A stretch of DNA of 64,000 nucleotides. Source: an uncultured Bacteroidales bacterium. Lineage in GTDB: Bacteria > Bacteroidota > Bacteroidia > Bacteroidales > FEN-979. Shown in pieces: positions 7,059-13,757 of the stretch. The stretch lies in the NCBI GenBank assembly GCA_903915465.1, contig CAIWTA010000120.1, positions 591 through 64,590 on the forward strand. The letters run 5' to 3'. The translations under genes and the position numbers were made by a program. Below the pieces are notes generated by a model. That model worked only from the letters and a program-made list of their open reading frames with translations. It was not told the origin of the DNA and ran no database searches. The number at the start of each line of letters is the position of its first letter. The first letter of the stretch is position 1.

Positions 7059-8480
7059 TTAATCGAGTCTCCAGATTTTATTAATTTGCTGGAATTGCGT
7101 TATGATATAATCAAATGGTAAATTCTTTCCGATTTTTGCAATTTCAATATTTAGCACATTTGATGGGACAAGTAAGTCAGGATGACCCCATGGTCTTTCG
7201 ACTTCTTGTCTTGGACTAAAAATCCAAATTGTTTTAAGACCAAGATTTTTTGCAGGTATAATATCTTTTTCTAATGAGTCACTTATAATAGCTATTTCAT
7301 CAGGAGGGAAATTGAATTCTTCAATTACCTTAAGCAGCAATTCTATCTTTAGTCCTGTTTCATCTGTACTATCACCAGACACAATTAAATCAAATAGATC
7401 TGGTTTTAAATCAAGCAATTGCATTCTTAAATCGAGGGTAGAAGGGGAAGCGTTAGTAGCTATGGCTGTTTTAATTCCTTTTATTTTCGCTTTGAAAAGA
7501 TATTCCTGAACCCCAGGGAATAAATGGATATAGCGTGAATTTTCATAATGAACCCTTTTAAAATCTTTAAATGAAAGACCAAGGGTCAAGCAATGTTGGA
7601 GATAGTCGTACCATAACCTATCCTTTTTATCAAAAAGATCTTTTAGCCATTTGTGATATTCTTTAGCCTCTTCTTTATTTCTGGGTATACTAACGCACAA
7701 GGCATCATCAAATGAATCTTCTTCGACCAATGTTTTACGCCAATCGAAGATTATTAGTTTTGGCAAGGTTGGTGGTGTAAGATAAATATCGTGGTTATTG
7801 AGGTTAAAATTTGGTGAATATGTTACAATTTGCCAAATCCTTTCTTTAGATATTTGAGTATATGATGAAATTGCCTCAATACTAAAACGATTTTCACATA
7901 CTATTGCAAATTGTATTGCTGCCTCTTCAGGAAAAAGAAATGCTCTATTTTCCAAAGTAATTATTCCCAAATGAGCATCAGATTTAACATCAAAGAAGAG
8001 TTTTGGAGGGATTACTATTTTATTTAGTTTATCTATTCTGTCACTACGAAGAAATTGCTTTAGTAAATCAAACCTATTTATTGTAACCGTTGGTTTACCT
8101 TTAAGTTGCTGTACGAGTTTTTCCAAATTCAGCGAATAGTCATCACCAAATATGTCAAAACACTTTCTATGGGAAAGAATTGGAGGTAGGGGCACAAAAT
8201 CCAGTCTTGCAGGAATAACCTTTATTGTGGAATTGAGGTGTTCTTTCATTAAGGCAGTTGCCCATTCCTCTTGTATCCAATTATTTTTCTCAGTATTTTT
8301 TGAGAAAAAAACAAGTAAATATTTAGCATTATTTATAGCCTTCGAAATTGACAAAGGAATTGAATCTCCGAACAAAATCTCATCTTCATCAAGCCAAAAA
8401 TCAATATCATATAAACGTAAGTCCTTTGCGATTTTCCTTATTGCGTTTATGTCAGCTGATGCATGTGAGATAAATATCAT
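7059..8480 (-). CDS. TIR domain - linker - HAD-superfamily hydrolase-like fusion protein
   Basis: N-terminus MIFISHASAD...NNWIQEEW (TIR). C-terminus has LIIFDWRKT (HAD motif I with Arg at D+2), IATNAS (motif II) and ISDSLEKD (motif IV). Confidence 0.8.
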   Translation of the reverse strand: MIFISHASADINAIRKIAKDLRLYDIDFWLDEDEILFGDSIPLSISKAINNAKYLLVFFSKNTEKNNWIQEEWATALMKEHLNSTIKVIPARLDFVPLPPILSHRKCFDIFGDDYSLNLEKLVQQLKGKPTVTINRFDLLKQFLRSDRIDKLNKIVIPPKLFFDVKSDAHLGIITLENRAFLFPEEAAIQFAIVCENRFSIEAISSYTQISKERIWQIVTYSPNFNLNNHDIYLTPPTLPKLIIFDWRKTLVEEDSFDDALCVSIPRNKEEAKEYHKWLKDLFDKKDRLWYDYLQHCLTLGLSFKDFKRVHYENSRYIHLFPGVQEYLFKAKIKGIKTAIATNASPSTLDLRMQLLDLKPDLFDLIVSGDSTDETGLKIELLLKVIEEFNFPPDEIAIISDSLEKDIIPAKNLGLKTIWIFSPRQEVERPWGHPDLLVPSNVLNIEIAKIGKNLPFDYIITQFQQINKIWRLD

Positions 8481-8698
8481 ATGGGATTTTTTATCAATAT
8501 TATTGTTTTATAACATTTTACATGGTAAATTTATAGAAATTTTATTGTGAATATCCAAATTCTTTATAACTATTTATATAGACCTATTAGCATAATCCTT
8601 GTATTAACCTGATTAATATATTTAAGGAATTTTGCCCTTCTTAATTCTCGAATTACACTTACACTTCGACTTCACTTTGTAAAAGGAAATTATATATT

Positions 8699-8722
8699 TT
8701 TGGATACCCATTTGGATACCCA
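8699..8722. repeat. Tandem 12-mer tttggataccca x2
   Basis: Exact tandem duplication immediately distal to the tRNA-Leu terminator, at the island edge. Confidence 0.8.
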
Positions 8723-8754
8723 AAAAAGAAAAACCCACGATTGACGTGGGTTTT
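8721..8754 (-). terminator. Rho-independent terminator of tRNA-Leu
   Basis: On the minus strand: AAACCCACG, loop TCAAT, CGTGGGTTT, then TTCTTTTTT. Confidence 0.65.
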
Positions 8755-8767
8755 AGTGGTGTTTTCG

Positions 8768-8851
8768 TACCCGGAGCCGGAATCGAACCGGCACGAGATT
8801 ACTCTCATTGGTTTTTGAGACCAACGCGTCTACCTATTCCGCCATCCGGGC
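8768..8851 (-). tRNA. tRNA-Leu (anticodon CAA), type II with long variable arm, no encoded CCA
   Basis: Reverse complement is GCCCGGATGGCGGAATAGGTAGACGCGTTGGTCTCAAAACCAATGAGAGTAATCTCGTGCCGGTTCGATTCCGGCTCCGGGTA. It has an acceptor stem, D loop, anticodon stem TTGGT/ACCAA with loop CTCAAAA, and T arm GGTTCGATTCC. Confidence 0.9.
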
Positions 8852-8960
8852 GAAGTGAGTGTGTGTTTGAGTGTGATGGAAGTATTGGTGTGGAATGTGT
8901 GAGAAGTGCATATGGGTGAAGTAAGTGTATGTTTAGGTGTGTTTTAGCTTCCGTCCGTGG

Positions 8961-8984
8961 CCCCTCCCCCAATTGGGGGAGGGG
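8961..8984. repeat. Perfect G/C palindrome cccctcccccAATTgggggagggg
   Basis: 10-bp stem with a 4-nt loop. A related copy lies at 23142-23179. Confidence 0.7.
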
Positions 8985-9119
8985 AACGGGGTGGAGGCAG
9001 GGCTGCAAAAGTAAACAAATTTTCTTTTCAAACACAAACCTTACTACATTGGCATAGTTTAATTTGCAGGATTTCAAAGAATAGCTTAATTTCGCGCCCG
9101 GATTTAAACCTCCTTTGGC

Positions 9120-10058
9120 ATGCCAAATCAAGTTAAAATTTTCTCTGGCCGGGCCATGAACTTCCTGGCACAAAAGATCGCAAAAAATTACGGTACCGAC
9201 CTTGGAACTGTTGTTGTCACGGATTTTTGTGACGGTGAATTCCAACCATCATTCGAAGAAAATATCAGGGGAAACGACATTTTTATTGTGCAGTCTACTT
9301 TCTCACCAGCCAGCAACCTGTTAGAACTACTCATGCTGATTGATGCAGCCAGAAGAGCCTCGGCGAGAAATATCATTGCCGTGATTCCCTATTTCGGATA
9401 TGCCCGCCAGGACCGCAAAGATAAACCCCGTGTTTCTATAGCTGCCAAATTGGTGGCAAATCTGCTTTCTACTGCCGGCGTTCAGCGTATCATCACCATC
9501 GACCTGCATGCCGACCAGATCCAGGGGTTCTTTGACGTCCCCGTCGACCACCTTTATGCTTCATCCATCTTTTTGCCTTATCTCCGCAACCTTAACCTGC
9601 CCAAGCTTACAATGGCTTCTCCTGACACAGGTGGAACACGAAGGGTGGCTGCATATGCAAAGTTCCTGAATACCGACTTTGTAATCTGTTACAAACAACG
9701 ATCTAAACCGAATGAAGTAGATAAAATGGCGTTGGTGGGTGAAGTCGAAGGACGTGATGTGATCCTTGTCGACGACATCGTTGATACTGCCGGTACATTG
9801 ACCAAATCAGCAGAAATCATCATGGCCAATGGCGCCAATAGCGTCCGGGCAATCTGTACGCACCCCATACTATCAAATAATGCGGTCGAAACAATCGAGA
9901 AGTCAGTTTTATCTGAACTCGTGGTCACAGATACTATTCCTCTGCAAAAAGAATGCAAAAAAATCAAAGTCCTTACTACCGCCAGCCTCTTCGCCGAAGT
10001 CATTAAACGCGTGGAAAGCCATGAGTCTATTAGCTCTTTGTTCAAATTTGGAGAATAA
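9120..10058 (+). CDS. prs: Ribose-phosphate pyrophosphokinase
   Basis: Full-length match to the Prs pattern (IFSG..., VIPYFGYARQDRK, DLHADQIQGFF, ILVDDIVDTAGT). Confidence 0.95.
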   Translation: MPNQVKIFSGRAMNFLAQKIAKNYGTDLGTVVVTDFCDGEFQPSFEENIRGNDIFIVQSTFSPASNLLELLMLIDAARRASARNIIAVIPYFGYARQDRKDKPRVSIAAKLVANLLSTAGVQRIITIDLHADQIQGFFDVPVDHLYASSIFLPYLRNLNLPKLTMASPDTGGTRRVAAYAKFLNTDFVICYKQRSKPNEVDKMALVGEVEGRDVILVDDIVDTAGTLTKSAEIIMANGANSVRAICTHPILSNNAVETIEKSVLSELVVTDTIPLQKECKKIKVLTTASLFAEVIKRVESHESISSLFKFGE

Positions 10059-10145
10059 AAATAAACGATATTCGAAAATCGACTAATCGTAAATCATAAT
10101 CACAATTATTACTTTTATACAATCATTAATTAATTTATTTAAACC

Positions 10146-10787
10146 ATGAAAACAGTATCATTGAGCGGTTCTCTAAGGGAGAACGTAGGGAAAAAAGATG
10201 CTAAAAAACACCGGAAAAATGGGGATTTCCCATGTGCAATTTACGGTGGAAAGGAACAGGTACATTTTGTTGTTAATGAAAAAGCCTTCAAAAAGATCTT
10301 CAATGTTCCGGCAGTGTTTATTATTAAACTTAATATCAACGGAAATGAATACGATTCAATTGTTCAGGATGTACAGTACCACCCTGTAACAGACCGGATT
10401 CTTCATGCCGACTTCCTTGAAGTAATGCCTGACAAACCAGTCGTAATTGCTGTTCCGGTAAAACCGGAAGGCGTTCCAACAGGAGTTCTTAAGGGTGGCA
10501 AGTTCATCGTAAAGTTGCGGAAAGTTAAAGTGAAAGCTTTCCCTAAAGACCTACCTGACTTTATCGTGGTAAAAACAGATGATCTGGATATTGGTGACTC
10601 CATAAAAGTTATGGATATCAAGTATGAAAATATCACATTTCTGGATCCTCCCAGCACTGTTCTCGTTGGCGTAAGAACTGCACGGGCTGTTGTGGAAGAA
10701 GTTCCTGGCGCACCCGGAGCAGCTGAAGAAGGAGCTGCCGTACCAGAAGCTGGTAAGGAGAAAGAGGGAGAAAAAGAGAAGAAGTAA
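10146..10787 (+). CDS. rplY: 50S ribosomal protein L25 / general stress protein Ctc
   Basis: Typical L25/Ctc N-terminus with an acidic/Lys-rich tail, in the conserved prs-ctc-pth order. Confidence 0.9.
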   Translation: MKTVSLSGSLRENVGKKDAKKHRKNGDFPCAIYGGKEQVHFVVNEKAFKKIFNVPAVFIIKLNINGNEYDSIVQDVQYHPVTDRILHADFLEVMPDKPVVIAVPVKPEGVPTGVLKGGKFIVKLRKVKVKAFPKDLPDFIVVKTDDLDIGDSIKVMDIKYENITFLDPPSTVLVGVRTARAVVEEVPGAPGAAEEGAAVPEAGKEKEGEKEKK

Positions 10788-10981
10788 CACTTCTCTTATT
10801 ATCAATTTCTTCTTGGGTGTTGGGGTTGTCGTATTCCAACTTATTAAGAAAAAACAGTCACTACATAAGCAGCCTTGGCTTCTTCTGTTCCTACGAAACC
10901 GGAAATCGAACGTAGTGAGATAGAAGAAGGCGGGGCTGTGGTATGGTGACGAAGCCAGCCCGGCCTATGGGCAACTGCAAT

Positions 10982-11545
10982 ATGAAATACCTCATCGTTG
11001 GTCTGGGAAATATTGGCGAAGAGTACGCAAATACCCGCCACAACATCGGATTTATTATAGCCGATGCTTTCGTTCAGAACATGAAGTCGACTTTTTCTAC
11101 CGGGCGTCTGGCATCCGTCGCAAAAGTGGCTATTAAAGGGCGTACTTTCATTGTTATTAAGCCCTCCACATTCATGAATCTAAGCGGAAAAGCAATCCTC
11201 TACTGGATGAATAAAGAGAAGATTCTTCCGGAAAATATCCTCATTATTGCCGATGACCTTGCCCTTCCCCTTGGATCTCTCCGCCTTCGGAAAAAAGGTT
11301 CCGATGGTGGACACAATGGCCTGATTAGTGTTATAGAAAGCCTGGGAACCGCAGAATTCCCAAGATTACGGGTAGGAATTGGATCCGAATTTCCTAAAGG
11401 ATACCAGGTTGATTATGTGTTGAGCCCTTGGACCAAGGGGGAAGAAAAAATCTTAACCCCAAGGATAGAACTGGCAGTTGAAATAATTAAAAACATTGGA
11501 CTCGTCGGGGTTGATAAAACAATGAACCTGTTCAACAATAAGTGA
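10982..11545 (+). CDS. pth: Peptidyl-tRNA hydrolase
   Basis: MKYLIVGLGNIGEEYANTRHNIGF... is the canonical Pth start. The listed ORF start at 10943 is probably an upstream extension. Confidence 0.9.
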   Translation: MKYLIVGLGNIGEEYANTRHNIGFIIADAFVQNMKSTFSTGRLASVAKVAIKGRTFIVIKPSTFMNLSGKAILYWMNKEKILPENILIIADDLALPLGSLRLRKKGSDGGHNGLISVIESLGTAEFPRLRVGIGSEFPKGYQVDYVLSPWTKGEEKILTPRIELAVEIIKNIGLVGVDKTMNLFNNK

Positions 11546-11626
11546 TGCAGCCATGTCAAGGCATTCGCAAAAATCATCAGACACATTTTAGAATATCAGA
11601 ACAACTGACCTCATTTACTATCAGAA

Positions 11627-11660
11627 TTCTGAATTCCTGCATTCTGAATTCCTGCATTCT
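11627..11660. repeat. Tandem 15-mer ttctgaattcctgca x2.3
   Basis: Exact tandem copies. The same 19-mer recurs at 61772-61790. Confidence 0.8.
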
Positions 11661-11789
11661 CATGGAATAAATGCGCAGCAAGCTACGGGAAATTGACCCA
11701 TAAAAAGATTAAATCCAAAAGAATTTGGTTTTGTGACTACACTCAGCTTCCTGTGTCATCCCTTTTTTTTTATCCTTTCTATTTTTGTC

Positions 11790-11797
11790 TATATTTG
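11790..11797 (+). promoter_or_regulatory. Bacteroidota -7 promoter box TATATTTG
   Basis: Matches TAnnTTTG, 27 nt upstream of the ATG at 11824. Confidence 0.4.
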
Positions 11798-11823
11798 CAG
11801 CATAACAGTAAATTCCCTGCATT

Positions 11824-12717
11824 ATGGAGGAACAGTCACCTTATCGTAAATATAAGATTATCATTGGCGTATTAGCTGCCGTGCTTTTAATTCTCTTTAT
11901 CTGGTTAATTACCCAAAGAACACAATTGACGAAGCTCGTCAAAGAAAAAGAAACAGAAAAAACCGAGCTTCAGAAGGAGCTGGATTCTGTGATCCAGGAG
12001 CATAACAAGACAAAAGCCGCGTATGGTCAACTCGCAGATTCTTTAAAGGTGAAGGACAGCCTGATTCAGGCTAATGCCATTGAGATCCGCAAATTACTCG
12101 ACTCGCAGTGGGAATTTAATAAGGTCCGGAAAAAACTGGCCAGATTACAGACTATCGCCCAGGGCTATGTCCGGCAAATGGATTCGCTTTATGTTGTAAA
12201 CCGTGAACTACAGTCGGAAAATGAAAAAATCCGTCAGGATTTTCATAACGAACAAACAAAAGCTAAGGCGCTGGTGAAGGATAAAGAAGCCCTGACCGAA
12301 AAAGTCAACCAGGCTGCCATTCTCAGGGCTTATGGAATCACCGTTACTCCGCTCAAAGTCAAAGTCGGCGACAGGGAGCAGCCAACTGATAAAGCCAACC
12401 GCACAGACCGACTCAGGATATGCTTTACAATCGGGGAAAATCCATTGGTTAAAGCCGGAGACCGGATCATTTATGTGCGGGTAACCCGTCCCGATAATGT
12501 TGTTGTTATCAAAAGTAAATACGATACATTTACGTTTAACGGGCAAACCATCGCTTATTCTCTCCGCCAGGATATCACATACCAGGGAAAAGCGATGAAT
12601 ATCTGTGTGAATTGGACGAAAAAGGAATCTGACAAACCCTCAATGAAGGGAAAATACGCTGTTTCCGTGTTTACGGAGGATAAAGAGATAGGTACTGGTT
12701 CCTTTGAATTGAAATAG
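11824..12717 (+). CDS. Membrane-anchored coiled-coil protein, function unknown
   Basis: N-terminal TM helix IIIGVLAAVLLILFIWLI, a long Glu/Lys/Gln-rich coiled coil, and a beta-rich C-terminus. Confidence 0.6.
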   Translation: MEEQSPYRKYKIIIGVLAAVLLILFIWLITQRTQLTKLVKEKETEKTELQKELDSVIQEHNKTKAAYGQLADSLKVKDSLIQANAIEIRKLLDSQWEFNKVRKKLARLQTIAQGYVRQMDSLYVVNRELQSENEKIRQDFHNEQTKAKALVKDKEALTEKVNQAAILRAYGITVTPLKVKVGDREQPTDKANRTDRLRICFTIGENPLVKAGDRIIYVRVTRPDNVVVIKSKYDTFTFNGQTIAYSLRQDITYQGKAMNICVNWTKKESDKPSMKGKYAVSVFTEDKEIGTGSFELK

Positions 12718-12719
12718 CG

Positions 12720-13757
12720 ATGAATGAAAACAAGATGCGGATTGGGATACTGACCGCAGGGGGAGATTGTCCGGGGATCAATGCAGCCATCAGGGGAGTT
12801 GGTAAGACTGCCATTCTCGAGTATGGTATGGAAGTGATTGGCATTTCATCAGGCTTTCTGGGCCTCATCAACCAGGAATATTCGATACTCGATGAAAACC
12901 AGCTCTCTGGAATCCTCACACTGGGGGGAACAATTCTTGGTACTTCAAGGGAGAATCCATTTAAAAAAGGACCGGCATTTAATACTATCGACAAGCCTAA
13001 GCTGATCAAAAAGCATTATAAAGAGCTGGGGCTTGATGCACTTGTGTGTATCGGTGGAAACGGGACTCAACGGACAGCAAGTTTATTATTTGAAGAAGGT
13101 TTGAACGTTATTGGTATTCCCAAAACTATCGACAATGATGTTTGGGGAACGGATGTTTCTTTTGGATTTGATTCGGCCCTCAACATTTCGGTTGAAGCCA
13201 TTGATAGACTCCATACAACGGCGAACAGCCATAAACGCATTATGGTGATTGAAGTGATGGGGCATCATGCAGGATGGCTTGCTTTATATTCGGGCATTGC
13301 AGGAGGAGGAGATGTAATCCTGATTCCTGAAATTGATTACGACATTTCCATCGTTTCCAAATACCTGAAAAAAAGGGTAATGAACAAAAAGCCTTATTCC
13401 ATCGTGGTAGTAGCGGAAGGAATAGCATGTCCAAAGGGTCAGGAACCTGCTCATTACATATCAAATTCTATTTCCGAACAGACCGGGCTGGAGACCAGAG
13501 AAACCATTCTTGGATATATTCAACGCGGAGGGAGTCCTTCGCCAATGGACCGGGTACTTGCCACAAGGTATGGCGCCCATGCCGTTGAACTTATTGCCAA
13601 AGAACATTTCGGGGTGATGGTTGCCTTAAGGAATGATGAGATAATTTCTGTTCCGCTGAAAGAAGTGGGGGGAAAATTACGCACGGTTCCTTTGGATCAT
13701 CCGTTGATTGAAAAAGCTATAAGAATGGGCGTCTGCGTAGGAAATTGCAAGGGTTAA
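12720..13757 (+). CDS. pfkA: 6-phosphofructokinase
   Basis: RIGILTAGGDCPGINAAIRGV, IGGNGT, PKTIDND, MGHHAGWLA. Confidence 0.9.
   Translation: MNENKMRIGILTAGGDCPGINAAIRGVGKTAILEYGMEVIGISSGFLGLINQEYSILDENQLSGILTLGGTILGTSRENPFKKGPAFNTIDKPKLIKKHYKELGLDALVCIGGNGTQRTASLLFEEGLNVIGIPKTIDNDVWGTDVSFGFDSALNISVEAIDRLHTTANSHKRIMVIEVMGHHAGWLALYSGIAGGGDVILIPEIDYDISIVSKYLKKRVMNKKPYSIVVVAEGIACPKGQEPAHYISNSISEQTGLETRETILGYIQRGGSPSPMDRVLATRYGAHAVELIAKEHFGVMVALRNDEIISVPLKEVGGKLRTVPLDHPLIEKAIRMGVCVGNCKG

Larger units (their letters stand above)
1..8720. mobile_element. Putative end of a tRNA-Leu-associated integrative/conjugative element carrying AT-rich defence cargo
   Basis: ArdC-like gene and small ICE-type ORFs lie at 1-1366. 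G+C visibly drops after the terminator at 1393-1425. The island ends next to the 3' end of tRNA-Leu (8768). No integrase or second att copy is visible in the window. Confidence 0.4.

Noticed and set aside
1-8767. Calling a complete integrative element with defined att sites and an integrase
   Set aside because: No integrase, relaxase or second att copy lies inside the window. Only one end (the tRNA side) is visible, so the element call stays at low confidence.
8805-9245. 146-aa minus-strand ORF
   Set aside because: It runs through the tRNA-Leu gene, the G/T-rich tract and the G/C palindrome (translated as PLPQLGEGP), and it overlaps the prs start. It is an artefact of the repeats.
10887-10905. 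accggaaatcgaacg, which resembles the T-arm region of tRNA-Leu (gccggaatcgaaccg) and could be a duplicated att fragment
   Set aside because: The similarity is only about 12 nt and includes an indel. It lies on the 5' side of the tRNA rather than the island side, and it is part of a local hairpin. It is probably a chance match.
10943-10981. Upstream extensions of listed ORFs (pth 10943, M14 21781, gldD 22581, and the T9SS proteins at 32694, 37327 and 35164)
   Set aside because: Internal Met codons give canonical N-termini (MKYLIVGLGN for Pth) or proper signal peptides (MKK...), and they remove overlaps with neighbouring genes.
11627-11660. Short tandem repeats (also 29511-29538) considered as a possible CRISPR array
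   Set aside because: The units are 15 and 7 nt with no spacers, there are only 2-4 copies, and no cas genes are present. These are not CRISPR arrays.
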